Assembly: GCA_043228905.1 (NCBI GenBank)
Contig: JBHGNT010000005.1
Location: forward strand, 22,878,001 to 22,942,000
Direction: 5' to 3'
DNA from: Azolla caroliniana
Lineage: Eukaryota > Plantae > Polypodiophyta
Length of the DNA: 64,000 nucleotides
Numbering within the stretch: position 1 is the first letter of the stretch; the number at the start of each line of letters is the position of its first letter. Under the pieces are notes generated by a model. That model had not been told where the DNA came from. It saw only the letters and a list, made by a program, of their open reading frames with translations, and ran no database searches. The translations under genes were made by a program, and so were the position numbers. Shown here piece by piece: positions 13,685 to 26,121 of the stretch.

Positions 13685-13937
13685 ATCTTTCTTTCTTTCT
13701 CTGCACCACAAAATCGTTCTCTGCCAGGTCCACCTCTTTCCGTAGGAGTTGGATTTTTGCTCTTCTCACAATTAGTTGGGAGTTTGACTGTGGGTTCACC
13801 TGCCTCCCGCTTGAGATGTTCCCATGATTTTCGGTGGTTTGCGAATGGTGGGCCCTACACTGCAATCATGAAGAGTATAAACTACGTATTCGACTCAGAT
13901 TTTGGGTAACCAATTTTCAGAGAAACACCATACTTAC

Positions 13938-15285
13938 GTAAGATTCGTACCCTTTCGCAATCCTTGCCTGAATCTTCTCCATTCGCTCATCTTTTGAAGT
14001 GTCGTATAGAGCCATCACGTCATAACAAAACTTATCTACAAATTCAGACTCCGTGCCAGTTCGCAGTGGTTCAGGGATTGCATTGTATCTATCCAACGCT
14101 TTCTTCCATAACTTTCTCTGAAATGACTGACGAGATCTAGTATATTTCGTTTCAGCATTACAAAAGCGCGTGAATGACCTTTCCCTTTCGTAATTGCTGA
14201 AGTATGGGGCACCACGATTTCTCCCTTCTAACAGCTGGTTCTCTTCCACTATCTTCAGCCCTCTTGGAAGCAGCGTCTTAATGCCATGTTCCTTCAATAA
14301 ATGTGCCTCTATGTCTCTTTTCTTGTGAAACCACCGTGGGTTTCGCCGGCATGACTCTGACGCCATACATATGCGAGATTTGGTCCCCATCGGATCTCGG
14401 CCACACTTGACGATAGAAAGTAGGTCAACTCCATCTAATTTGACTGTGTTGCTAACATCTAATGTGCGTTACAATAAAAAATATATGCATCTATCTGTAA
14501 CTGGAATACACGGATCTAAACAAAATTACCTGTTGGAGAATCTGAATCTGGTTCTGCCTTTAACTCACCGGGTGCATTGCATTCATGAACCAGTTCGGTG
14601 TCTGCATCCTCCAAAGCCTCCGCCTTTACAGCCTTCATGCTGTTTTGGGCCTCTGTATTACCTGTCTTTGGAGAATCTGACTTTGGTTTTCCCATTGGAT
14701 CACCGAGTGTTTTGCATTCATGAACCGTTTCGGAGTCTGCATTCTCGGAAGTCTCTGCCTTTGGCGCCACCATGCAGTTTTGGGCCTCCGCATAACCTGT
14801 TGAAGGAGAACCCAAATCTGTTTTTTCTTTTGGCTCATTGAGTGTATTGCATTCATGAACCGGTTTGGTATCTGCATCCTCAGAGGTTTCTGCCTTTGGC
14901 GCGTTCATGCTATTTTGGGCCTCCATATTACCTGTTATAGGAGAATCTGAATCTGGTATTTCTTTTGGCTCATTGAGTGTATTGTATTCATGAACCGGTT
15001 TGGGGTTTGCTTCCCCAGAAGTCTCTGGCTTTCGCACGTCCATGCTGTTTTGGGCCTCCATATTTCTTGATTTCTTGGTTATGGTACCCCTTCTTACATA
15101 AACACTGCAACCATCACCAAAGAGAAGTAGTTAGAAACACATGCATTAGGATTATAGTCTGTAATAGATTGTTGAAATTGAATAAGAAACGTGTGAATAA
15201 ATACAGTCAAATACCTAATTTCAGTGGGACTTCTTTCAGCACATTCTGGATCACTCTCGCGGAACTCTGCGGACCTGGACGGCAT
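13938..15285 (-). CDS. Unit 3 coding module (4 x 45-aa repeat + C2H2-like domain); exon D in ORF 13668-13865
   Basis: ORFs 14516-15061, 13917-14390 and 15094-15285; canonical TTGCAG acceptor before exon B. Confidence 0.65.
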
Positions 15286-16045
15286 CTATGGCAAGCAAGG
15301 CAGAAAACAATTGATTACATGACTTCTATGTGTACCACATTCTAGGCAATACCAAATACAATGGATTGCATGATGTATGGACTTCAGTAGATTATGTGCA
15401 AAAGCAATGATGAATATGAACAGAATTGGGAAAAAACGTCAATATATGGTTTGACCTGCCAGCCATCTATATAATCATCATTTAGAATCTGAATATACAC
15501 TGTCTAGGATACACAGTATGCCCATGCTTTCTGATCTCAATATACACTCCCTGCCATGCACATTATGCCCATCCACAATAATGTGAATATACACTCTCGT
15601 ATACACAGTATGCCCATTCCTTCCAATCTGAATATACACTCTCATGGATGCTTATAATGCCCGTCAACAATAATCTGAATATACATTCTCATGCATACAC
15701 GTTATGCCTATCCTTATTTAGAATCTGAATATATACTGTCTAGGATACACAGTATGCCCATGCTTTCTGATCTCAATATACACTCCCTGCCATGCACATT
15801 ATGCCCATCCACAATAATGTGAATATACACTCTCGTATACACAGTATGCCCATTCCTTCCAATCTGAATATACACTCTCATGGATGCTTATAATGCCCGT
15901 CAACAATAATCTGAATATACATTCTCATGCATACACGTTATGCCTATCCTTATTGCTCTATACCAAAAACAGCGAATAGACAATCTCTTAAATTTGCTTA
16001 TGATCATATAATTTAACCAAACAAGAAACAACAAAATTAAAAAAC

Positions 16046-17356
16046 TGTCGAAAAGGGGACACATGATCTATTACGCCATTTGATTATGCGAGAGATCAAT
16101 CTTATCAGAGAGGATATAGAAAGAGCTCTCAAAGAAAAAATGAGAAAGGAGATAGAGAAACAGAGAACACAGTTGTATACCTCTCTGAAGATTGAGTTTT
16201 TTGAAGAGATGCAGAAAGACATAACAAGCCATGCCGAGAAAAATCAAACTTAGAGCTTAAAGATGACATGATGCAATACCTTAAGGATGAAATATGCTCA
16301 CATAAGGTTGAGTTAGTAGCTATAAAAGTCGATTTAGAAAAACAACAAGAAGCAGCGGAAAAATGCATCTCAACAGTTAAAGCCAATCTCACTAAGGAAA
16401 TGTAAACATGGGTAGACACGGCCAAAGATACCAAAGCTCAAGCTGAGCATGCCCAAAAAAAAATCAAAACAAATGCTCCTTGGATAGAGGTAGTGAAAAA
16501 GCAAAAGGACCATCAGTGAATAGGTGGAAATGATGAACGTTACATTAGAAGAAGAGAAGAGGAGCGCTCGTACATTCATGTGGTTGGTTGGGCTGAAAAA
16601 GGAAGCCCACAAGAAGATGCCAAGAATCTCGAAACAAAGATCGAGGCATCAGATATTCCATTTGCTTCAGCATGGAGGGTGGGAAGAGATGAGTCTAGAG
16701 CTAAAGCCCTTATTATCCGCTTCATGGATATCGACAAGAAAGAAGCTTTCCTATCAAATAAAACAAATATTGTTATGCATACAAAGACCCACCAATGCAT
16801 GGCTAGCAAACTCCTTGATGTACAAGGATATAGATGGGAGTCGATATGCCGTCCCCAAACTCAGACACCGGGAAGCACTAGAGGCTCAGGAGTGGTTGTG
16901 TTATACAAAATGGAGCTCCATGATAGAGTTCATGTCGTGCATAAAAACGTAGATGCACGTTACATGTGGATACAAATCAAAACAGGGGATCTTAGGGAGC
17001 TATATATTGAAATTTACTACTTTCCGCATGCCTACTCAAGGTTTGCACCTCGAGGTGAATCACCATATCTACCATTATATGATGATATCATAAAATTTGC
17101 TACTATGGGGGACATAATACAATTAGGGAACTTTAATGCACGAACTAAGAATGAACAAACAACTATGTTTGACCCCAACGAGGTTGTTTATGGAGAAGTT
17201 ATGGTAGAAGAGGTTGGTCTAAAGCGACGAGCTCCAAATATGAGTGCTATAACGGCAAACACTTTCTAACCTTGGGAAGTGCACTTGGATTGGTGTTATA
17301 TAATGGATTGTCACAATGGCTTGGCTCAGATGCTTTGACATGTGGGAACCCAAACA
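16046..17356 (+). mobile_element. LINE 5' part: ORF1 remnant (coiled coil + RRM-like) fused by deletion to an APE endonuclease domain
   Basis: SAWRVGRDESRAKALIIRF (ORF1-like); RGSGVVVLYK, IYYFP and IIQLGNFNART (GDFNA motif) in ORF 16580-17269. Confidence 0.85.
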
Positions 17357-17481
17357 GAGATGTTCCCATAATTTTCGGTGGTTTGCGAACGGTGGGCCCT
17401 ACACTGCAATTACGAAGATTGGAAACTACATATTGGTTTCAAATTTTGGGGAAACAATTTTCAGAGAAACACCATACTTAC

Positions 17482-18678
17482 GTAAGATTCGTATCCTTTC
17501 ACAATCCTTGCCTGAATCTTCTCCATCAGCTCGTCTTTTGAAGTGTTGTATATAGCCATCGCGTCATAACAGAACTTTTCTACAAATTCAGACTCTGTGC
17601 CGGCTCGCAGTGGTTCAGGGATTGCATTGTATCTGTCCAATGCTTTCTTCCGTAACTTTCTCTGAAACGACTGACGAGATCTAGTATATTTCGTTTCAGC
17701 ATTACAAAAGCGTGTGAATGACCTTTCCCTTTCGTAATTGCTGAAGTATGGGGCACCACTATATTTCCCTTCTAAGAGCTGGTTCTCTTCCACTATCTTC
17801 AGCCCTCTTGGAAGCAGCGTCTTAATACCATGTTCCTTCAATAAATGTGCCTCTATGTCTCTTTTCTTGTGAAACAACTGTGGGTTTCGCCGGCATGACT
17901 CTGAAGCTATACATATGCGAGATTTGGTCCCCATCGGATCTCGGCCACACTTGACGATAGAAAGTGGGTCAACTCCATATAATTTGACTGTGTTGGTAAC
18001 ATCTAATGCGCATTACAATAAAAAAAATATGCATCTATCTGTAACTGGAATACACTGATCTAAACAAAATTACCTGTTGGAGGAGAATCTGAATCTGTTT
18101 CTGTCTTTACCTCACCGGGTGCAGTGCATTCATGAACCAATTCGGTGTCTGCATCCTCCGAAGCGTCTGCCTTTGATGCTTCCATGCTGTTTTGGGCCAC
18201 CATATTACCTGTCGTCAGAGAATCTGAACCTGGTTTTTCTGTTGGATCACCGAGTGTATTGCATTCGTGAACCGGTTTGGTATCTGCATCCTCGCAGGTC
18301 TCTGCCTTTGGCGCCTGCACGCTGTTTTGGGCCTCTATATTACCTGTTATAGGAGAATCCGAATCTGGTATTTCTTTTGGCTCATAGAGTGTATCGTATT
18401 CATGAACCGGTTTGGGTTTTGCTTCCTCAGAAGTCTCTGTCTTTCGCACCTCCATGCTGTTTTGGGCCTCCATATTTCTTGTTTTCTTGCTTAGGGTACC
18501 ATTTCTTACCAAAACCCTGCAACCATTACCAAAGAGAAGAAGTTAGAACACGTGCATTAGAAGTATAGTCTGTAATAGATTGTTGAAATTATATTACAGA
18601 AAAATACCTCACTTTCGTGGGTCTTCTTTCATCGTAATCTGGATCACTCTCAAGAAACTCTGCCGACCTGGCAGCTAT
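17482..18678 (-). CDS. Unit 4 coding module (3 x 45-aa repeat + C2H2-like domain); exon D truncated by a LINE
   Basis: ORFs 18060-18512 and 17461-17934; splice sites conserved. Confidence 0.65.
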
Positions 18679-19999
18679 CTAAGGAAGCAAGGCAGAAAAC
18701 AATTGATTACATTACATGACTTTTATGTGTACCAGATTTTGGGCAATACCAAAAACAGTGGATTACATGATGTGCATATCGACTTTAGTATATTATATGC
18801 AATAGTCATACATCCAACATCAATGACGAATATGAACAGATTTGGGAAACAAAAACTTCAGTCTATACATATTGTTTGACTTGCCAGCCATCTATATATT
18901 CATCCTTTAGAATCTGAATATACACTCTCTTGCATGCACATTGACAACAATCTGAATATACACTGTCTCAGATACACAGTATGCCCATCCTTTCCAATCT
19001 CAATATGCATTCCCTTCGATACACATTATGCTCATCCACAACAATCTGAATATACACCGTCTTTCATACACATCATGCCCATCCTTTCCAATCTGAATAT
19101 ACACTCACTTGCATGCATATTATGCCCATCCAAAAAATCTGAATAACACACTATGCACATCCACATTGGTCTATACTGAAACAGTGAATATATTATCTCT
19201 TAAAATTGGTTGATGATAGTTATAACTTATAACTTAATCAAACAAAAAACGAAGTATAAAACATCTGCTTTTCTCAGCACATAAAATAAAATGAAATACA
19301 TACCTGATCACAAATGCAGGTAGATGACAAGTGCAGATTTTCTTCCTGTTGGTTCCACTCTTGTAAGTCTCATTTTGAATATAATCTATGTTAAAAACTG
19401 TTCATTATCCTTGTGTATACAAAGCTTGAAAGTCCTCTGATCTAATTTTTGTATATTCATAAGTATCTGTGTTGAAACCTAGATATAGATACAAGTTGCC
19501 TGGTTGGACAGTTTTTTACTCTGTTTTGCGCAAGGATGTTGACACACATAAAGTTCTCCTAATTTAGTGAGTTATAGCTTGTTGGAAATCTTGGGAAGTC
19601 TATTTTTAGTTACAAAATTTCGAAGGTTCAGTCCTCTATTACGGAGAGCTATTGGAGTTTTAGTGGAGTATGGTTGCTGTTTTTTCTAGTCAAAGGGTCC
19701 ATCATACTTGCGTTGTAAAGGAGGTAATATACATCCGTCCAAGGTGTTATTCTTACGATTAACTACAGTAACTTTAGTAAAATCTGATATTCCCAATTTA
19801 ATAAAGCATATTTTCAACCTATCTTTGCTCTTGAATCATACACTATCTCCATCTCTTACATGTGCTCGTCTCTCTCCTTCCATTTCGTTACAAACCCTCA
19901 TACATAACCCTGGTGGTTCAACGCACCGATCACAAACTCTACAACCCTGGTTTCAAGGTTTTAACTCTACAACACTGGGGTTGAGTGAGATGTAGATGG

Positions 20000-20255
20000 C
20001 AACCGGGTTAGAATCATTGACCCAGGTTAGAATCACTTGCCCGGGTTAGTAGTGACGAAGGTCGGGTTAGAATCATTGTCCCAAGTTAGCAAAATCATTG
20101 GCCAGATTAGAATCATTGGGCCGAGTTAGTAAAGGTAGAGGCCAAATTAGAAACATTGGCCTGGGTTACAAATGCCATAGGCCAGATTCGAAATGTTGGC
20201 CTGGGTTAGAAGTGAAAAGGCAGCAGGTTAAAAACATTGTCCAGGGTTAGAAAAT
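20000..20255. repeat. ~21-bp tandem repeat (CCGGGTTAGAATCATTG-like), about 12 degenerate copies; probably subterminal repeats of a TE
   Basis: Recurrent (G/A)GGTTAG at 21-23 bp spacing. Confidence 0.8.
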
Positions 20256-23003
20256 TCACTGGCTCAAGTCAAACATGATAAGGGAGACAAAGTCAAGTTA
20301 GTTATGGGTGCTTGATCTTTGTGGATAATGTGCAAATTTCACAAGATTATTAAAGCGCTCCTTGCACGTCCAGCAACTACAATTCCCTCATAAGGCCTAT
20401 TTAATATTTGGTTGCCACTAGAAACGTGGTTGCGCATGTAAATAGGGTTAGTGATAAGGGCTATATGATATTAGGGTTAGTGGCTGGTTGTTAGGAATAA
20501 AGGTTTTGGTTGTAGGATGATAGGGATAGTAGTTAGGGTTAGGATTACACCAAGAACGAACATTGAAGAGTATTTCTTGTATATCTAAAATAAGAACTTT
20601 GTCTAGACAAAAAAATTGTTCCCACATTTCATTTGCATTCTTTTACAAGGACCAAATGCATCTCAACTCAAAACACCATTGATGTAAGATGAAGATGTAG
20701 ATGATTATATTGGTCACAACTCCGAAAATAATGAGGACATTGTATCTTTTAACTCTAGCATGAAACTGACCAACAAAATGTTTCTCATCAAACTATTCGT
20801 AATTATTCGTTTATGCAAAACATTTTAACTAATATGCATTTGACTCTTTTCAATACTATTCACTCTTGATCTCAACAAAATTCTTTTGGTAAAAAACATA
20901 GGCAAGAGTGTTGTGAAACCCACTGAAAACATTTTCGCTTTTCTTTTTTCGGCCAAAAAAGCCAGAACTTTTGACATATTTTCTCTCTTCAAAAATGCCC
21001 TAATTTTCAAAGATCAACAAGTTTGACACTCTTGACCATAGAAAAAAAAGTGTCAAAAGTTCCAAACCCTTTTACACATTTTGAATGACAAGAAATTCCA
21101 ACATAAATTCTTCAATTGAAAAGTGTTGAAAATTTTGACACACTAGAGTTATTTGGACATTCTCACAACATTGCAATTTCCAGCAAAAAGAAGCGTTCGT
21201 AAACAAAGGCCCGACCCAAAGAAACACATATTGTCAAGTTTCTAATAGTTGACCAAAAGTGCTGGCGTAAGCATTGGTGACAAATCATTTTGAAGTAGTG
21301 CAACAATTACTAACACTCAAAATGCAATTACCAATGAGAGAAGTGGATAGGATGGCAGGCCACTTTAACTTAATAAAGGTCTTAATCACACTTTTGCCAA
21401 ATCGACAGAGGTTGGCATCAAGGAAGTACTAAAGTTGAACCTGAGGCCTTGGCATGGCATACAAAGCGGGGTAGAGGAGATTTTTTTTCAAGGTATAGAG
21501 AACCCATTGTTGCAACATCCCAAGGTAGTGGCGTCATAGATGAACATTCAAGAGTATGCAAACGACATACACACCTTTGGAGCACACTTTGAGAGTGACA
21601 ATACCAACTAAGAACAGTAAATTGCTCCATCTAGATGCCAAAAGGATTCGTAGTGAATCATACGTTCCAGATGTTTGAAGTAGAATTCTACCTCATATTT
21701 CTGGTAACAAGGTCTAGAAATTAGGTGGCCTATGATTGCTTACTAGGCCAACTGTTTTACCGATAGGAACAAAACTCCAATATCTCTTGTGCCACATAGA
21801 TGGACAACCACCCTTGTTGACCACCGAGGCTATCCTGACAATACTCTCCTATTATAGGTGGGTAGACTTAAATTTCTCAGATTCCCAAGTCAATTTTCCT
21901 TCAACGCCTCCAATTGGCATTTGCACAAGTCCACACTTGGATCTTGCGAAATTCACTTGTGATGCAAGCAAACTGTGTTCCACAAAAGACCGTCTTAAAT
22001 TCAATATACAGGACATTGATCTTGCTACCACATACAACTGTGGTCATATATGATGTTTTCCCCTTTACTCGTTATTCATCGCCCTGAGAATCGAGTCAAG
22101 TGAGGGGTTGTGTCTCCTCAAAAATGCATAGCATTCTCCTTGTCCTAGAAAAGAAAAGTTTTGAATCTTTTTAGAGCTATTTCCATTATAAAACATATGG
22201 ATGAAAATGGCATATAGACATCATCTTGCGCCTTCAAATAAAGAGAACCCCTCAATCTTTTGAACGACTGCTAGTTATACCACAAAAAAGAGGAATGCAA
22301 CAACTATATAAGCCCTGATATATTTAGAACCCATTTCCATTCCATCCCCGGCAGAGGATAGAGTTAGAAAAACTAATACTGGAAAATGAATATAGCATAC
22401 TGCATCTGCTACGCCCTCATATTTTACCAAAAAAATAAAAATCCATCGCAAAACTGAGAATTGCGTAAGACACAAACTATGGAGCCTATGAATTCAAAGC
22501 TTCAGTAAGATGGATAGAAAACTCTCTGCGCCGCCAAATTCTCAAATGCTGAGGGAACATTCCTGTTCTATTCCATTTTCTCAGCTGTTTCAAGGAGAAT
22601 GGGCCATGTATCTTACCCTTGAGATCCCTGTAATACAACACAGATGGATCTGTATCAGCAATGTTAAGTTCCCTACAAATTCCAGTTTACATGTGGGAAC
22701 TATATAAAGGGGACTAGCTACCCCCTTCATTACGCCATCTTGATACACTGTGGAGACTCTATTGCTGAGGCTAAGCTCTCTTATTCAGATCCATTATTCA
22801 ACAATCAAGGTATAGCATAAGACAATGTTCAATGGTATTGGACACCTATGGTATTCTATGTTTGTCTCATGTCCTTCCCTCGGGGGTGACCAATGTGGTA
22901 ACCCTTAATCTCTTATCTTTTGTTCATCATTACTTGGATCCATAATAGTATTTTCACGACAACTTGGGTGTTCTGACGCGTTCTTGTAAAAGCATAACCA
23001 TAC

Positions 23004-23040
<37 letters not shown>

Positions 23041-23290
23041 CACCACACCTTTGATGTGACCAACAATGGGAATCACTCTTTTCTAAAGTTGTATATATGA
23101 GTAATATCTTTTGAGATGTGACATTAACTTCCCTCTAAAGTGATATAAACATATGTTTACTATTAATCTCTTTGGAACATTTGAAATCTAGGAGCCACTC
23201 CTCTTGAAAGTGATATATATGGCTATCTCTTATGCCATGTTATTGTGCACATGGGAATACAAGAAAAACATAACAATGAAAGATTCTAAC

Positions 23291-26121
23291 CTTTTGGAAC
23301 AATCTGTCTGATACAAGGTTTATCTTGATTCTCTGCCTCCTATTTACATTCATAACTTCGATTAACACATTTGTTTTCTGCTTTCCAACTTCGTAGTATT
23401 CAGATTGCAGCACAGTACCTACATACCCGCATTGCATATTGCAATAGAGGGGGTGCAGGGGGGGATGTAAAGAACTTTCAGGAAGGCTTGTCCAAAACCT
23501 AATAAAAACCTTAGAGGAGATGTAAAGGACTGAGCAAAATTGTTCATCTTACCTATTACCTGAACCAGTCTATGGTGAGAATTCCCCTCTTTGTTTATAA
23601 CTCTTACTCTCACAAAGCCGCCCACAATGGCAGCTGTAAGCTTGAATGGATCATCAAGAAGCTGAAGAAGCTGTGATCGTGAGAAACAGTTTAACTCACG
23701 GATTCCATTAACGTGCTCCTTTTGCAATGAATTCGCTAAGACTGGATGAGGATCAGCATTGTTCCCAAGATAAGAACCACTAAAGAAGCTCGGTAGCTTG
23801 TACCCACAATTAAGTTTCAGCATAATCCAGTACTCCTTGAATAAAAATTCTACAGTAGTCGAATCCTCGAAATCAATCTCATTCTGCAAATCCATGAATT
23901 CAGAATAAAAACCCCGTCACAACTTCGAACTTCACTACTGTAGAATATAAATTACAGTAATAACCAAGCTTTGCGTTATATTTTTCCACAGTAAGCCTTG
24001 GACATTTTCCCCAGTCAGTACCACACTGTAGACTATGATATCACATAACGAGGTGTGGATATGATGTGGAGCATGCCTTTTTCACATGTATATTTCTAAT
24101 GTAATCTATCACTGATGAAGCATATTCATGTTTCTTATTTTGTTTCATTTCCAGACGGAGTTGGAGAATGCCATGATTTTCTCTTAGATAATTTTATGAT
24201 GCTGCTTCTTAATATAACCATGTACGCAGTCAAAAGCCCTAACTCTGCTTAAGGTTGCCATTCTCATGTGAATCCGGAAAACACCTTACTTGTTACTTTC
24301 TTGATTTTATCATCTGTTTTTGCACATAATGGAAGCTGCACAGTCAAAAACATGCTCCACAACATTAATCCCCCTCAGAAGATGCCATTCTTCTGGTTTT
24401 TGACAGAATGTTGAATCATACTTTGCACATATGAAATATATCGGACCTCATGATCTACTAGGAAGTTTCTAAACATGATGTTGAATCCTAACTTGGATTT
24501 AAATTTCTCAAATTCAGATGCAACATATGCAGCCTCAACGTGCAGTTGAATGTATTAAACTTAGATTTCATCCATAAAATACACGGGAAGATGGGCATGG
24601 CCTATGAGGTATCTTGAGACGAATTACTTCAAGGAAGAAAACGTTGTTTTACTCAGTGTTGTAGTAGGAGCTGGGTTCCATATGTCGTAACATCCTACAA
24701 GTTCATGGTGCAGGGGTTAACTTGAGGGAAGGCAGGCTCTTCTGGTCACATACACATACCTACTATAAGGATTGAACATGCAGAAAAGAGAACTCTTTCA
24801 TGCACATACACGCTTGCATATATCATAGTGAATAAGTATTAAAGTGGGCTTTTTCCGTGCACTTACCTAGTATAAGGATTGAACATGAGGAAAAGAAGAC
24901 ACAATCATGCACATGCACACTTGCATAATCATAGGGATTAAATATGAAACCGGGATTTTCCATCACATGCAACATTAATTCATGCACAGTTTAGGAATTA
25001 TTCATGAGGCAAAGCAGCAGGCTCTTCCTGTCACATATAAAAATAATCATAGGGATTAAAAATTAAAGCGGGATTTTTCCATCACATGCAACGTTAATTC
25101 ATGCATAGTTTGGGAATTATTCATGAGGCAAAGCAGGCTCTTCCTGTCACATATAAACATGCATAGTAATAAATAGTATAAAGTCTAACCATGAGGGAAA
25201 GAAGACTCTTTCCAGCACATAAACACACATATGTAGACTACATATATACATACTTTCATTCATAAATACGAAGAAACACATATACATAACTGCACTGTGT
25301 AAAACTTATTGTGTATATGATATATGATTACATACTTACCCCATGCTCGTCTATAGTTTGGTTGAGTTCAATCATCTTGACAATTCGAAGGCAAGCTTTG
25401 CAGAGGCCATATTCATCTACACGATGCTCTGATTGTGGTGGTGGTTCTGGTATATAAGTTAATGGAAGAAACTCTTCAACAGAGATATTCATCTCAGGGC
25501 GGGGGCGGCATGAAGTGCAGAAGGATGCAGGGCACATTACACAATAGCTTGAAGGCGGCTTCGTGCATATAGTGCAGAAATGCCTTCCTGGTCATATGGT
25601 TAAAAAAATCATCGTCAATCTTTAACTAGATGATTAGATGAGCACTAGCGACATTCAAAAGGAATAGTTAACAGAGGCATTCGATTAAGAAGATGGCATT
25701 AGCAAACGAAGAAGAGGAGACAAGCAGACATTGTTAAGAATATGAGATCGGCATGACATGGTTAAGAAGAAAGGGAGAGATTAGCAATGCGTGAGTTTCT
25801 TCTTAAACAGGATTAATTAGAGTTTCTCAGTACCACAGAGCCACCTTCCTCTCCTGAAGAAAGCAAGCTCTTGGCCCAAGCATTCTGCATGGTAGACCTT
25901 ACTACATTTCCTGCATTATCCAAATAATGGGGTATATAAGAAGAACGCAGACGTTTGTTTCAGGCGCCATCATTACAAAACCAAAGAACCTCAGAAATTA
26001 TTACACAGAAGATGATGATGATGATGTTTATTTAACTTTGGTTTATCTCTACTTACTTGTGATCGCATACGACCAGTGTGCCTCCATCTTTACACAGAAA
26101 GCAAACGCTATCATCAACCAT
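23291..26121 (-). CDS. NERD-family-like chromatin protein: PHD finger + second Cys/His finger + Plus3 domain; exons 26057-26121, 25834-25910, 25340-25587, 23553-23883, 23291-23418; 3' end unresolved
   Basis: Spliced translation: [34 protein letters not shown]...WLCGRHFCTICTKPPSSYCVMCPASFCTSC...GLCKAC...IDFED...EFLFKEYW...AIVGGFVRVRV...HRLVQVIGT. All introns are GT-AG and phase-consistent. Confidence 0.88.

Larger units (their letters stand above)
6879..19266 (-). repeat. Array of four ~2.3-kb tandem segmental units (6879-9191, 9192-11515, 13685-16045, 17357-19266) interrupted by two LINE fragments
   Basis: The 157-aa ORF recurs at 7040, 9419, 13917 and 17461; the 45-aa-repeat ORF recurs at 7639, 10019, 14516 and 18060; the flanking introns and minisatellite also recur. 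Confidence 0.95.

Noticed and set aside
7494-18568. Plus-strand and alternative-frame ORFs recurring in each tandem unit (e.g. 7698-7967, 14371-14841)
   Set aside because: They are shadows of the minus-strand repeat exons; their lengths and stops vary between units and they have no splice support.
24735-25215. Short ~110-120 bp local duplications in the large intron of the PHD-Plus3 gene (similar case at about 55540-55840)
   Set aside because: Ordinary degenerate local duplications with no coding or structural signal.
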